48,207 nucleotides of DNA from an uncultured Ilumatobacteraceae bacterium (GCA_964549065.1 CAZJUC010000001.1:1-48207), one strand, 5' to 3'; positions 19,344 to 29,471 are shown, counted from the first letter of the stretch. The notes: generated from the letters alone by a model not told the origin. Numbers and translations are program-made.

Positions 19344-20081
19344 GTGCAACAGCGTCTCCCCTCACTCCTCGATCCACCGATCACCTTTGCCCATCGCGGT
19401 GCCCGAGCCCACGCGCCCGAGAACACACTCGAATCGTTCGAGTTGGCGCTCCGGCTCGGGGCGGCGGGTCTGGAGAGCGATGTGTGGCTCACCGCGGACC
19501 GGGTTCCGGTGCTCGATCACGACGGTGTCGTGAAGACCGGGCTGCGCAAGCGGCCGATCTCCGAGTTCGCTCGCGCCGACCTGCCCGGCCACATTCCCAC
19601 GCTGCGCGAGCTCCTCGACGCGTGTGGCACCGGCTTCTCGCTGTCGCTCGACCTGAAGGATCCCGATTCCGCTGCTGCGATCGTCGAGGTCGTCGGCGAG
19701 TGCGACCGCTCGCTCCTCGAGCGCACCTGGCTCTGCGAACCGAGCCTGAACCGGGTGCTGGAGCTGCGCGAGCTGTTCGCCGACAACCCGATCAGGCTGT
19801 TGCAGACGACGCGCCTCGAACGCATCAAGGGCACGATCGAGCGTCGCGCCGAGTATCTGGCACGGCACGGCATCGACGGCATCAATCTCCATCGCACCGA
19901 CTGGACCGGGGGGTTGGTCGCCCTGTTCCACCGGTTCGAACTGGTCGCGTTCGGCTGGGACATGCAACACGAGCACGAACTGCGCGAAGGATTGCGAATG
20001 GGCCTCGACGCCGTCTACAGCGATCACGTCGACCGGATGAGCGACGCCTTCCGAGGAGAGATCGGCAACCCGCTGCCCTGA
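19344..20081 (+). CDS. glycerophosphodiester phosphodiesterase (GDPD) family
   Basis: ITFAHRGARAHAPENTLESFELALRLGAAGLESDVWLTADRVPVLDHDG is the canonical GDPD N-terminal motif. Confidence 0.85.
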   Translation: MQQRLPSLLDPPITFAHRGARAHAPENTLESFELALRLGAAGLESDVWLTADRVPVLDHDGVVKTGLRKRPISEFARADLPGHIPTLRELLDACGTGFSLSLDLKDPDSAAAIVEVVGECDRSLLERTWLCEPSLNRVLELRELFADNPIRLLQTTRLERIKGTIERRAEYLARHGIDGINLHRTDWTGGLVALFHRFELVAFGWDMQHEHELREGLRMGLDAVYSDHVDRMSDAFRGEIGNPLP

Positions 20082-20150
20082 TCTCGTCCCATCTCGAGGC
20101 TCGGAGACCGTTGGACGTGCCAGCGGGCAACGACCGGCCCGGAGCCGGGC

Positions 20151-20303
20151 TCAGCCGGCCAGACGGGCATGGAGGCGCGAGCGCAGCTCCTCCGGCGGCA
20201 ACTCGACGAAGGTGCGATGCTGCCGGCGCTGGTGGACCGCGACGCCCGCTGCACCGAGGACGGCGACGACGCCTGCCACCCCGAGGATCTTCGTCCAGCG
20301 CAC
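20151..20303 (-). CDS. possible 50-aa single-TM protein (not in ORF track)
   Basis: GTG 20303 gives VRWTKILGVAGVVAVLGAAGVAVHQRRQHRTFVELPPEELRSRLHARLAG*. 45 of 50 third codon positions are G/C, which is coding-like for this genome. No homology can be claimed. Confidence 0.35.
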   Translation of the reverse strand: MRWTKILGVAGVVAVLGAAGVAVHQRRQHRTFVELPPEELRSRLHARLAG

Positions 20304-20325
20304 GAGAACCTAGGTTAGGGCCTCG

Positions 20326-20976
20326 ATGAGTGCACCGACGACGACCCCGCTCCGGCTCCGCGATGCGCTCGGCGAGGCGCGCACCGGCGACGTCTGGCTG
20401 TTCCGTGGTCGGTCGGTCGCCGACCGGGCAATCCGGTTGTTCACGAACAGCCCCGTCAACCACGTCGGAGTCGTCCTTGCGATCGATGATCTGCCGCCGC
20501 TGCTCTGGCACGCCGAGCTGGGCGCCAGTATGCCGAACGTGTGGACCGGGCAACGCGAGCGTGGCGCACAGCTGCACCACCTCGAGCGCGCCGTCAGCGT
20601 GTGGACCCACCGCTACGGCCAAGATCCATGGTTCCGGCCGATCGACATCGAGGCCAGCACGGAGATGGAGAATTCGGCCCTCGCAGTCGTCGACGAGTAC
20701 AGCGGGCGGGCCTTCCCCAAGACCGCGTCGCTGGCGAGGCACTGGCTCGCCGGGCGAGTTCGCCGCCGGGTGACACTCGAGGACATCTACTGCGCCGAAC
20801 TCGTGGCGGTGACCTTCGAGCAGATGGGGCTCCTCGGTGGTGGCCGTCCGCCGAACTGGTACGACCCGGGCCGATTCTGGAGCGGTGACCGGCTCGCGCT
20901 GCAGGGCGCCGCGCTGGGCCCCGAGATCCACGTCACCGACGTGACGCCGGTCGACGACACCTGGCGCGACGGCTGA
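20326..20976 (+). CDS. permuted papain-fold (NlpC/P60 superfamily, YiiX/C92-like) putative amidase
   Basis: GDVWLFRGRS..DRAIRLFTNSPVNHVGVVL (His motif) precedes IYCAELVAVTFEQMG (Cys motif). His before Cys is the order of the permuted YaeF/YiiX family. Confidence 0.55.
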   Translation: MSAPTTTPLRLRDALGEARTGDVWLFRGRSVADRAIRLFTNSPVNHVGVVLAIDDLPPLLWHAELGASMPNVWTGQRERGAQLHHLERAVSVWTHRYGQDPWFRPIDIEASTEMENSALAVVDEYSGRAFPKTASLARHWLAGRVRRRVTLEDIYCAELVAVTFEQMGLLGGGRPPNWYDPGRFWSGDRLALQGAALGPEIHVTDVTPVDDTWRDG

Positions 20977-21021
20977 TCCGGGGTGTGACGAGCATCAGCG
21001 CCGGGCGCTGAGGTGGTCCGG

Positions 21022-21061
21022 CGATGAGCGAAGTCCCCAGATGCAGGGGTTCGGCTCATCG
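21022..21061. terminator. hairpin between convergent genes (candidate bidirectional terminator)
   Basis: CGATGAGC (21022..21029) pairs with GCTCATCG (21054..21061), with an inner CCCC/GGGG stem. It lies between the amidase-like gene (+) and lepB (-). Confidence 0.35.
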
Positions 21062-21095
21062 GCGAGGGATCGCCGCTGGGGCCGCCGGCACAGGG

Positions 21096-21722
21096 CTACA
21101 ACCACTGCCAGTGGCTCTGCGGCCAGAACACCACGAACGCCCGGCCGACCAGGTCGTCCTCACTGATGGTGCCGATCACGCGCGAATCCTGTGATCCACC
21201 GCGGTTGTCGCCCATCACGAACACATGGTCCGCGGGAACCGGCCCGTTGGCCGAGTAGTCGCCCCCGCAGCTGGTCGGCGTGACCACTTCCGGGTCGAGA
21301 TACGGCTCGTTGAGGATCCGGCCGTCGATCAGGACCGTGCAGTTGCGGACCTCGACAGTTTCCCCGGGCAGTCCGATGACCCGTTTGATCAGGTCACGTT
21401 CGGATGCGCCGGTGATCTGGTGCAGCACCACCACGTCGCCGCGGTTCGGGTCGTGGAGGCGGTACGACATCTTGTTGACGAAGACCCGGTCGCCGGTGTC
21501 GAGGGTGGAGAACATCGATTCGCCCTCGACGACGAAGTGGGCGATCACGAACGTGCGCACCACGAACGCCACCGACAACGCCACGGCGATGACGATCATC
21601 CAGTCGAAGAACGCCCGGGCCCCTGGGGGCAGCGTCGACTTGCCGCTGCTGTCGCCGGGAGGACCGTCCGGGGGCGTCGCGGGCGGTTGGCCAGGAGGAG
21701 GAACGATGGTCTCGGACGTCAC
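21096..21722 (-). CDS. lepB: signal peptidase I
   Basis: GESMFSTL (catalytic Ser), KRVIGLPGE (catalytic Lys) and GDNRGGSQDSR are S26 family boxes. N-terminal TM segment. GTG start. Confidence 0.9.
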   Translation of the reverse strand: MTSETIVPPPGQPPATPPDGPPGDSSGKSTLPPGARAFFDWMIVIAVALSVAFVVRTFVIAHFVVEGESMFSTLDTGDRVFVNKMSYRLHDPNRGDVVVLHQITGASERDLIKRVIGLPGETVEVRNCTVLIDGRILNEPYLDPEVVTPTSCGGDYSANGPVPADHVFVMGDNRGGSQDSRVIGTISEDDLVGRAFVVFWPQSHWQWL

Positions 21723-21743
21723 GCGGGCCCAACGGTACCGCGC

Positions 21744-23102
21744 TCAGAGCGATTCGATGAGGCGATCGACACGCTCGTCGCGACTCTTGAACGGGTCCTT
21801 GCACAGCACGGTCCGCTGCGCCTGGTCGTTGAGCTTCAGGTGCACCCAGTCGACCGTGTAGTCGCGTTTGCGTTCCTTCGCCCGCTTCACGAAGTCGCCA
21901 CGCAGGCGCGCGCGGGTGGTCTGCGGCGGGACGTCGATGGCTTGCTCGATGTCGGCGTCGGTGCAGATCCGCTCGATGAGCCCACGGTCCTGGAGCTTGT
22001 AGAACGGGCTGCGAGCCCTCGAGACGTCGTGGTACTGCAGGTCGAGCAATTGAACGCGGGCATGCCCGAACGGCAGGTCATGGCGCTCACGGAACGCTTC
22101 GAGCAACTTGTACTTGATCACCCAGTCGACCTCGCGGTCGAGCTTCAGCGGGTCGTTCTCGATGGTGGTGATGCAGTGCTCCCACATCTCCAGCGCCTTC
22201 TGCTCGAGCGGAGGAAAGCCCTGGCTGTCGGCGTATCGCAGTGCACGGTCGAGGTATTCGCGCTGGATGTCCAGCGCGGAGACCTCGCGCCCGTTGGCGA
22301 GGCGGACGGTACGTCGACAGGTGATGTCGTGGCTGATCTCGCGGATCGCCCGGATCGGATTCTCGAGGGTCATGTCGCGCAGGACCACGTTGGGGTCTTC
22401 GAGCATCCGCAACATGCAGGCGGCAGCGCCGACCTTGACGAAGTTGGTGTACTCGCTCATGTTCGAGTCGCCGACGATCACGTGGAGGCGCCGGTACTTC
22501 TCGGCGTCGGCGTGGGGCTCGTCGCGGGTGTTGATGATCGGACGGCTGCGGGTGGTGGCCGACGACACGCCCTCCCAGATGTGCTCGGCGCGCTGCGCGA
22601 TCGAGTACGTCGCTCCCCGAGCGGTCTGCAGCACCTTGCCGGCACCCGTGTAGATCTGGCGGGACACGAGGAACGGGATCAGCACTTCGGCGTAGTGGCC
22701 GAGGTCGTCGTTGCGGCTCGTCAGGTAGTTCTCGTGACAGCCGTACGAGTTGCCGGCGGAGTCGGTGTTGTTCTTGAACAGGTAGATCGTGCCGCGGATC
22801 GACTCTTCGGTGAGGCGCTGTTCGGCCGAATCGACGAGCTGCTCCAGGATCCGCTCGCCCGCCTTGTCGTGCACCACGAGTTCGTACAGTGAGTCGCACT
22901 CGGGCGTGGCGTACTCGGGATGCGACCCCACGTCGAGGTACAGCCGTGCACCGTTCTGGAGGAACACGTTCGAGCTCCGACCCCACGACACCACTCGCCG
23001 GAAGAGGTAGCGGGCGACCTCGTCGGGGCTGAGACGACGCTGGCCCCGCAGCGTGCACGTGACGCCGTACTCGTTCTCGAGTCCGTAGATGCGTCGCTCC
23101 AT
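21744..23102 (-). CDS. pafA: Pup--protein ligase PafA
   Basis: From ATG 23102: [70 protein letters not shown] ... [23 protein letters not shown]. This is near-identical in pattern to mycobacterial PafA, and 452 aa long. Confidence 0.95.
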   Translation of the reverse strand: MERRIYGLENEYGVTCTLRGQRRLSPDEVARYLFRRVVSWGRSSNVFLQNGARLYLDVGSHPEYATPECDSLYELVVHDKAGERILEQLVDSAEQRLTEESIRGTIYLFKNNTDSAGNSYGCHENYLTSRNDDLGHYAEVLIPFLVSRQIYTGAGKVLQTARGATYSIAQRAEHIWEGVSSATTRSRPIINTRDEPHADAEKYRRLHVIVGDSNMSEYTNFVKVGAAACMLRMLEDPNVVLRDMTLENPIRAIREISHDITCRRTVRLANGREVSALDIQREYLDRALRYADSQGFPPLEQKALEMWEHCITTIENDPLKLDREVDWVIKYKLLEAFRERHDLPFGHARVQLLDLQYHDVSRARSPFYKLQDRGLIERICTDADIEQAIDVPPQTTRARLRGDFVKRAKERKRDYTVDWVHLKLNDQAQRTVLCKDPFKSRDERVDRLIESL

Positions 23103-23124
23103 CAACCGCAACCTATCGACACCC

Positions 23125-23154
23125 ACGCCGGCGTGCCCGGTCAGGCGCCGGCGT
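23125..23154 (-). terminator. 9-bp GC hairpin between pxpC and pafA (terminator/attenuator candidate)
   Basis: ACGCCGGCG (23125..23133) pairs with CGCCGGCGT (23146..23154) around a 12-nt loop. Confidence 0.3.
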
Positions 23155-23168
23155 TCTCGTGCACGAGA

Positions 23169-23990
23169 TCAGGCGCGACGGAACCTGATCGACGATCCTG
23201 GGCGGCTCTGGACGAGCGACGGGAGGTCGTCGGGGTCGACGACGGCGATCACGGGGTAGCCGCCGGTGGTGGGATGGTTGGCGAGCATCAGGATCGGTTC
23301 ACCCGCCGGGGTGATCTGAATGGCACCGGCGATCAGGCCGATGCTCGACATCTGCGGCTGCGACCGGGTGCTGCGGGGAAACTCGCCGGTCTCCAGGCGG
23401 ACACCCACCCGGCTGAGTTCGTTGGTGAGCGTCCATGGGCGCCGGGTCAGGCAGTGCAGTCCGCCGATGAACCAGTCGTGTTGGGGGCCGTCCCAGAGCC
23501 GGACCCACGGATCGGGGACGTGGCGGGGAGGAGCGTGGTCGGCCACGAGCTCGGTGACGGGGTCCGCGCCGATGCGCAGGAGTGTGTCGGCAGTGAGTGG
23601 AGGCGGCCCGACGCCGCCCAGTGTGTCGTGGCTGCGGGAGCCCAGCACCGGATCGGCCTCGATTCCTCCGCGCACGGCGAGGTATCCCCAGATCGAGCCG
23701 GCGGGCGCGTCGACGCGCACTCTGGCGCCGGCTGCCAGGGTCTGGCGGCCGCCGTCCGTACTGGTGGCGACCACGACCGGTCGGAGCGCCTCGACGACGA
23801 GCGCGCCCATCGTCTCGATCGTCGCGGCGCCCGCAGGGTTTCCGACCAGTCGGTTGACCAGGTCGTGGGTCCGGCGATCGACCGCACCGGCCGTCGGCAC
23901 GCCGAGGTGCGCGAGACCTGGTCGACCGTGATCCTGCACCGTCGTCGCGAATCCGACCTGGACGATTCGCAGCGCGGGGCCCTCGGGCAT
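23169..23990 (-). CDS. pxpC: 5-oxoprolinase subunit C (KipA / allophanate hydrolase subunit 2 family)
   Basis: From ATG 23990: MPEGPALRIVQVGFATTVQDHGRPGLAHLGVPTAGAVD...; C-terminal PTTGGYPVIAVV. TGATG overlap with pxpB. The upstream part of track ORF 23169..24527 is out-of-frame junk. Confidence 0.85.
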   Translation of the reverse strand: MPEGPALRIVQVGFATTVQDHGRPGLAHLGVPTAGAVDRRTHDLVNRLVGNPAGAATIETMGALVVEALRPVVVATSTDGGRQTLAAGARVRVDAPAGSIWGYLAVRGGIEADPVLGSRSHDTLGGVGPPPLTADTLLRIGADPVTELVADHAPPRHVPDPWVRLWDGPQHDWFIGGLHCLTRRPWTLTNELSRVGVRLETGEFPRSTRSQPQMSSIGLIAGAIQITPAGEPILMLANHPTTGGYPVIAVVDPDDLPSLVQSRPGSSIRFRRA

Positions 23991-24589
23991 CACGGCGCTC
24001 GGCGGAAGCGAACCGCACGACCAGGCTGGAGCAGAGCGGGTGGGTCTCGGTCGACATCCCACAGCGACGCAGTCGTGTGACCGATGAGGTGCCAGCCACC
24101 GGGTGACCCGGACGGGTAGACACAGGTGTAGCCGGCTGCGACGCCGATGGATCCAGCAGGCACCGAAGCTCGTGGTGTTGCACGTCGCGGCACGTGGAGC
24201 CTCCGGTCGATTCCGCGGAGGTAGGCGAAGCCCGGGCTGAATCCACAGAACGCCACGTGATAGCTGCCGGTGGCATGGAGCCGGATCACGTCGTCGATCG
24301 AGACGCTCGCCGCGTCGGCGATGTCGACGATGTCGGGTCCGTCGTAGACGACGTCGATCGTCAGCGGTGCGTCGGTGTCGTGCCCGGCGGTGCGGGGTAC
24401 GACCAGCTCGAGCACCTCGCCGACAGCGTCGTGGCGCTCGCGGGTGCACCGCACGACCACGGTCCCCTCCGCCGGCACGATCTCGACGACACCCGGGATG
24501 TCCATGTCGCCGAGCGCACTCGCCCACGCTGCCGGTGCGTCGACGTCGTCGACGAGCCAGGCCTCAGGTCCGTAGGGCCGTCGTTTCAC
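23990..24589 (-). CDS. pxpB: 5-oxoprolinase subunit B (KipI / allophanate hydrolase subunit 1 family)
   Basis: VAFCGFSPGFAYLRGID..L.VPRR..PR..VPAGSIGVAAGYTCVYP..SPGGW.LIG is the family signature. Confidence 0.85.
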   Translation of the reverse strand: MKRRPYGPEAWLVDDVDAPAAWASALGDMDIPGVVEIVPAEGTVVVRCTRERHDAVGEVLELVVPRTAGHDTDAPLTIDVVYDGPDIVDIADAASVSIDDVIRLHATGSYHVAFCGFSPGFAYLRGIDRRLHVPRRATPRASVPAGSIGVAAGYTCVYPSGSPGGWHLIGHTTASLWDVDRDPPALLQPGRAVRFRRAP

Positions 24590-24641
24590 GGGGTCTCAGG
24601 AAATTCGCGCGCCCGGAACGCCCGGCTCGACGGTGCGGAGG

Positions 24642-25403
24642 TCATGTGGTGAAACGGTAGACGCCGATCCCTGCCGCATCGAGTGCCGAGCGCACCGACC
24701 TGGCGAGATCGACTGCGCCCGGCGTGTCGCCGTGCACGCAGATCGAGCGAGCACGAATGGTGACCACCGATCCGTCGACGGCGACCACCTCGTTGTCGAC
24801 AGCGATGCGGACCGCTCGTTCGGCCACTTCGTCCGGATCGGTCAGCACGCTTCCCGGCTCGCGCCGAGAGACGAGCCCACCGTCGGGCCGGTAGGCGCGG
24901 TCGGCGAAGGCCTCTGGTACGGGTTCCATGCCGGCGGCGTCGGCGGCGGCGAGCAACTCGGACCCGGGGAGCCCGAGGATGGCCAGCGACGGGTCGTACT
25001 CGGCCGCAGCCGCCACCAACGCCTGCGCTGCGGACGGGTGCGTCGCCGTCGCGTGGTAGAGCGCGCCGTGCGGTTTGACGTAGGCGATCTCGGCGCCGGC
25101 GACCTGGGCGAACGCATCGAGGGCGCCCAGCTGGTACAGGACGGCGTCGCGCAGTTCGTCGGGTGTCATGTCGATGTGTCGGCGACCGAACCCTGGGAGG
25201 TCGGGAAACGACACCTGCGCTCCGATCGCCACATCGTTGTGGACTGCCAACCTGCACGCGGCCCGCAGCACCGATGGGTCGCCTGCATGAAACCCACAGG
25301 CCACGTTGGCGCTGGTCACGATGCCCAACATCGCAGCGTCGTCGCCGAGCGTCCACACCCCGTACGACTCCCCCAGGTCACTGTTGACATCGATGGCCAC
25401 CAC
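24642..25403 (-). CDS. pxpA: 5-oxoprolinase subunit A (LamB/YcsF family)
   Basis: From GTG 25403/25400: VVAIDVNSDLGESYGVWTLGDDAAMLGIVTSANVACGFHAGDPSVL...VKPHGALYH. The track ORF 24642..25886 is over-extended at its 5' end. Confidence 0.85.
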   Translation of the reverse strand: MVAIDVNSDLGESYGVWTLGDDAAMLGIVTSANVACGFHAGDPSVLRAACRLAVHNDVAIGAQVSFPDLPGFGRRHIDMTPDELRDAVLYQLGALDAFAQVAGAEIAYVKPHGALYHATATHPSAAQALVAAAAEYDPSLAILGLPGSELLAAADAAGMEPVPEAFADRAYRPDGGLVSRREPGSVLTDPDEVAERAVRIAVDNEVVAVDGSVVTIRARSICVHGDTPGAVDLARSVRSALDAAGIGVYRFTT

Positions 25404-25454
25404 GACCAGATCGTACGCCACCGTCGACGTCGCCGAGGCCGGTACCTTGCAGTC

Positions 25455-26498
25455 ATGGACCCGGGTGCGACATGGAACTCCTCGCTTCCTCCCCGCTCGC
25501 GGCGGTCCGGACGGCCGGCGACATTCGTCGTGTGTGCGGGACTCCTGGGTGCTGCGTGTACGAGCACCGCACCCTCGTCTGACGTCACCCACGCGACCAC
25601 GGCGGCGTCGCCGGCCGTCTCGACGGGACACGACAAAGTCGCTGTCGACCGCTACCTGACCATCGACGCCCTCGACCTGCCGGTCGACGCCTACGTGCCG
25701 AACCGCCCCGGCCCCTGGCCGGTCGTCGTGGCATTCCACGGTCTCTCGGCCGCTTTCAAGGACGCTGCGTCGAACACGGCGATCGCTGAGCGTGCCGCCG
25801 ACGAGGGCTCGTTGGTCTTCTCGCCGACGTGGATCGCCGGCGACCCGTACCCCCTCGACGCCGGTGACATCGTGGATCTCCGCCATGCTGCGAGCTGCGC
25901 CGTGGCGTTCGCCCAGCAGTGGGCTGCGGAACTCGGCGGCGACCCGACCGACACCGTCGTGTACGGGTTCTCGGCGGGAGCCGGGCCTGCTCTCGCAGCT
26001 CTGGTGGCACCAACGGGTGGCGTGCCCGGGTGCGAGACCGAGTCGGCGCCCCTGCCGGTGACCGGAGCGGTACTCGGCGACGGCGAGTACTTCTTCCAGT
26101 CCCAGCCGTTCGATTCCGCATTCGAAGCCGACATCTCGGTGATGCAGTCAGAGGTGGCGAGCCTGACGGACCGGGGCAGATGGCCCGTCGATCTCGACGC
26201 TCGGGTCTACGTGTGGGCCGCGGAGTCGGGAACCGCGCCGCGTCCGCTGGACGACCCGGCTGCTCCGAACTGGATCCACGACCGGGATCCGAGCGGCTCG
26301 ATCGTCGGCGATCTCACACGGGTCGGCGGGCTCGCCGACGGCGTCATCGACTACGTCGACGCCGCCCGGTTCATCGACCTGCGCCTCGCCGATGCGGGTG
26401 TCCGAACCGAACTCGTGGTCTTCCCGGGCGGACACACGGTGGACGACAAGGTCGATCCGCTCGTCGCGGCGATCCGCTCCGTCGGTGCGAACGCGTGA
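25455..26498 (+). CDS. secreted or lipoprotein alpha/beta-hydrolase
   Basis: ATG 25455 gives a signal-like RSGRPATFVVCAGLLGAAC (lipobox-like). VVAFHG and the GFSAG nucleophile elbow follow. It is the in-frame tail of track ORF 24633..26498, whose 5' part is antisense to pxpA. Confidence 0.65.
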   Translation: MDPGATWNSSLPPRSRRSGRPATFVVCAGLLGAACTSTAPSSDVTHATTAASPAVSTGHDKVAVDRYLTIDALDLPVDAYVPNRPGPWPVVVAFHGLSAAFKDAASNTAIAERAADEGSLVFSPTWIAGDPYPLDAGDIVDLRHAASCAVAFAQQWAAELGGDPTDTVVYGFSAGAGPALAALVAPTGGVPGCETESAPLPVTGAVLGDGEYFFQSQPFDSAFEADISVMQSEVASLTDRGRWPVDLDARVYVWAAESGTAPRPLDDPAAPNWIHDRDPSGSIVGDLTRVGGLADGVIDYVDAARFIDLRLADAGVRTELVVFPGGHTVDDKVDPLVAAIRSVGANA

Positions 26499-26516
26499 CG
26501 TCGGATCCGGTTCTGC

Positions 26517-27779
26517 CTACGACACGGACCGGTCGACGACCACTCGACCTGCCTGGACCACGTGGGTGAGCGCGGTCTGATGCTGCGCGAACGCAGCCAG
26601 GTCGGCCAGGGGGTCGACGTCGGAGATCACCACGTCTCCGAACGCGCCGGGCGCGACAACGCCGATGCGACCTTCCAGGTGGCAGAGCTGCGAGTTGACG
26701 ACCCACATCGAACGCAGGACGTCGGCGGCAGGTTGCACCCCGGCTCGGATGGCCAACTCCTCGTTCTGGCGCAGCTGGGACTCACCGATCAGGTCGGTGC
26801 CGAGCCCCATGGTGACTCCAGCCCTGTGTGCCAGCTCGAGTGAGGCCAGGCCGGATTCGTAGACGACCGAATTCTTCTCGAGGTTGGCGGCAGGGAGCCC
26901 GAATTGCCGGCCGACATCGTGCATCGCGCGATAGGTCGACAGTGTCGGCACCATCACCGTGGCGGTGTCGGCGAGCAGCTTCGCCGTCGGTTCGTCCATC
27001 AGGTTGCCGTGCTCGATGGAGCGCACACCGGCGTTCACCGCCATCGCGATGGCCTCCGGTGAATACGCGTGGGCGGCGACGTAGGTCGCGCGGTGCTCGG
27101 CCTCGGTGACCACGGCGCGGATCTCCTCCGCGGTGTACTGCACACTCTCCAACGGGTCTGCCGGTGATGCGACACCACCCGAGACGTGGATCTTGATGAA
27201 ATCGCTGCCGTCGCGCAACAGGTGCCGGGTCGCTTTGCGGACCGCGTCGACGCCGTCTGCGACGATCGACATCACGTTCGAGTCGAGTACGCAACCACAG
27301 CTCGCCACCTCGATGTCGCCGCTGCGAACGTCGCCGTGGCCGCCGGTCTGGGTGAGCATCAGCCCCGCGCGCACGATGCGCGGTCCCGTGGCCGAGCCGG
27401 ACGCGATGGCCCGCACCAGCCCGTTGACGTCGCCACCGAGATCGCGGACGGTGGTGAACCCACGCTCGACCGTGGCCCGTGCGAGGCGGGCCATCTCGAT
27501 GCCGAACTCGACCTCGGTGAGCTGTGCCAGGCGGTGGAAATTGAGCGTGCACAAGCGGAAGTGCACGTGAGCGTCGATCAGACCGGGCACCACGTATCGG
27601 CCACGGGCGTCGATGTCGATGTCGACGTCGGCAACGTTCACGCTGCCGTCGGCCAGATCGACGATCTCGCCGTTCTCGATGACGACCGTCTGCGCGTCCG
27701 TGTACGTCATCGTGGTCGTGTCGAGCACGGTGCCGTTGCGGATCACGGTGCGCGCCGGGGATGCTGCGGTGTCGGTCAT
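26517..27779 (-). CDS. metal-dependent amidohydrolase family protein
   Basis: VVPGLIDAHVHF (HxH metal motif), KIHVSGG, and the EH/GTD motifs of the amidohydrolase_1 fold. Confidence 0.85.
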   Translation of the reverse strand: MTDTAASPARTVIRNGTVLDTTTMTYTDAQTVVIENGEIVDLADGSVNVADVDIDIDARGRYVVPGLIDAHVHFRLCTLNFHRLAQLTEVEFGIEMARLARATVERGFTTVRDLGGDVNGLVRAIASGSATGPRIVRAGLMLTQTGGHGDVRSGDIEVASCGCVLDSNVMSIVADGVDAVRKATRHLLRDGSDFIKIHVSGGVASPADPLESVQYTAEEIRAVVTEAEHRATYVAAHAYSPEAIAMAVNAGVRSIEHGNLMDEPTAKLLADTATVMVPTLSTYRAMHDVGRQFGLPAANLEKNSVVYESGLASLELAHRAGVTMGLGTDLIGESQLRQNEELAIRAGVQPAADVLRSMWVVNSQLCHLEGRIGVVAPGAFGDVVISDVDPLADLAAFAQHQTALTHVVQAGRVVVDRSVS

Positions 27780-28444
27780 GTGCTGCTGCTTTCGGTCGTT
27801 GCCCGTGTGATCGGGGCCGGATGGGTGAGAACCTGGCCGTGGAGCAGATGAACGGTGGCATCGCAGAGCCGATCGAGTTCCACGTCGGCCGGAGGCTCAC
27901 CGTGCGGGAGTCGGCGTTGGGTGAGCATGCCGAGCAGGTGCGAGCGAGCGAAGCGGCGCGCTGCTCGGATCGCTCCCCCAGAGACGTCGAGATCGGCGAA
28001 CAGCACCTCCCAGCGTTCGTCGAGGCGGCACCGAACGTCGTGGAATCCGGCGCTCAACTCGACGCGCAGATCGGCGCCGAGGCCGGGGTCGACGGAGATG
28101 ACGAATGCGGCGAGGCACGACGGCTGCTGGTACGCCGTCCACATCAGGTCGACGAGTTCGCGGACCCGTGCCGCCGGTGACGTGCTCGACACCTCGCAGG
28201 CCTCCAATCGCTCCGCCAGGTCGTTCCAGCCGGAGGCGACCACGGCGGCGAGCAACTCGTTCTTGCTCGCGAAATGGTGCTGGAACGCTCCCTTCGAGAC
28301 GCCCGCACGGGCTGCGATCTCGGCAGTGCTCACCGACGGGCCGCGCTCGACCACCAGCTCGACTGCGCTGGCCATCAGCACGGCGCGGGTGGCAGTGCGG
28401 CGCTGTTGCTGTGTCGGCCGTCGTACGACGTCACGTCCCCCCAT
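27776..28444 (-). CDS. TetR-family transcriptional regulator
   Basis: TRAVLMASAVELVVERGPSVSTAEIAARAGVSKGAFQHHFASKNELL is the N-terminal TetR HTH. ATGA-coupled to the amidohydrolase gene. Confidence 0.85.
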   Translation of the reverse strand: MGGRDVVRRPTQQQRRTATRAVLMASAVELVVERGPSVSTAEIAARAGVSKGAFQHHFASKNELLAAVVASGWNDLAERLEACEVSSTSPAARVRELVDLMWTAYQQPSCLAAFVISVDPGLGADLRVELSAGFHDVRCRLDERWEVLFADLDVSGGAIRAARRFARSHLLGMLTQRRLPHGEPPADVELDRLCDATVHLLHGQVLTHPAPITRATTESSST

Positions 28445-28545
28445 GAACGGGCAAACATACCATCTGTACGGAATGTAACCGTGAAATCTGTCTGCGTGAC
28501 GTGGGCAGAGGCTTGGACTCGACTGGATCCGGGTAGCGCCAGCGC

Positions 28546-28773
28546 ATGGCTGACGACTCCAACGAACGTTCCATTCGAGCCCGCCAGACGATCCGGATCA
28601 TCGTCTGGATCGCGATCTTCGCCGTCCTCGTGGCGCTGGTGCTCGTCAACACCCAGGACACCACGGTCGACTGGCTTTTCGGTGACGTCGACACGTCGCT
28701 GTGGGTCGTGATCGTGGCATCGGCCGCAGTGGGTGCCGTGCTCGGCTACCTCGCCCGCTGGCGACGGGACTGA
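28546..28773 (+). CDS. small two-TM LapA-domain (DUF1049-like) membrane protein
   Basis: IRIIVWIAIFAVLVALVLVNTQDTTVDWLFGDVDTSLWVVIVASAAVGAVLGYL matches the LapA_dom architecture. Confidence 0.65.
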   Translation: MADDSNERSIRARQTIRIIVWIAIFAVLVALVLVNTQDTTVDWLFGDVDTSLWVVIVASAAVGAVLGYLARWRRD

Positions 28774-28802
28774 TCGTCCGCAACTCGGCGGCGCCTCGGG
28801 GA

Positions 28803-29471
28803 TCAGCCGGCGATGTCGGCTCGGGTGAGCCGATGGAAACAGCGACGCCCGTTGGTGCGCGCGAGATCTGCCACTTCCAGGTCGTCGTCGGCAATCTCCC
28901 GGTCGGGTCCGCCGAGCGCCGACCGTCCGAGGGCGATGGCTGCGTGGAGGTCCAGACCGTCGGACCACGTCTCGCTCAGCCGGCTGTTGATCGCCTCGGC
29001 ATCACCACCGATCGCCGCGTAGTCCCGTTCGTCGACGACGGTGCCGTCGTACAGGATGTGGAACATCTGGTCGCCCGCCGGCTCGAGGCCGACCTCGGCA
29101 ACGAGGATCTCGACCTCCATCGGCTTCATCTCGTGGGTGAAGATCGTGCCGAGCATCTGCGCGTAGCTGTTGGCCAGGCTGCGGGCGTCGACATCGTCCC
29201 GCGAGTACTGGAAGCCCTTGAGATCCGCTGCCCGAACGCCGGCGACGCGTAGCTGATCGAACTCGTTGTACTTGCCCACACCGGCGAAGGCGATGCGGTC
29301 GTAGATCTCGCTCACCTTGCGCAGCGTCTCCGACGCGTTCTCGGCGATGATCACGATGCCGTCGGTGTATCGCACGGCGGCGAGCGCCCTCCCCCGTGCG
29401 ATGCCCTTGCGCGCGAAGTCCGCGCGGTCCTTCATCATCTGCTCGGGCGCGACGTAGAACGGCTGGCTCAT
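28803..29471 (-). CDS. prcA: 20S proteasome alpha subunit
   Basis: From ATG 29471: MSQPFYVAPEQMMKDRADFARKGIARGR..., the typical actinobacterial PrcA N-terminus. ATGA overlap with prcB. Confidence 0.95.
   Translation of the reverse strand: MSQPFYVAPEQMMKDRADFARKGIARGRALAAVRYTDGIVIIAENASETLRKVSEIYDRIAFAGVGKYNEFDQLRVAGVRAADLKGFQYSRDDVDARSLANSYAQMLGTIFTHEMKPMEVEILVAEVGLEPAGDQMFHILYDGTVVDERDYAAIGGDAEAINSRLSETWSDGLDLHAAIALGRSALGGPDREIADDDLEVADLARTNGRRCFHRLTRADIAG

Noticed and set aside
15576-20329. + strand ORFs 15576..18074 (832 aa) and 17921..20329 (802 aa)
   Set aside because: They are antisense to helY, tatC and tatA/B, which carry clear catalytic or family motifs. The 802-aa ORF would also run across several well-supported genes, and its composition is low-complexity Arg/Pro/Gly.
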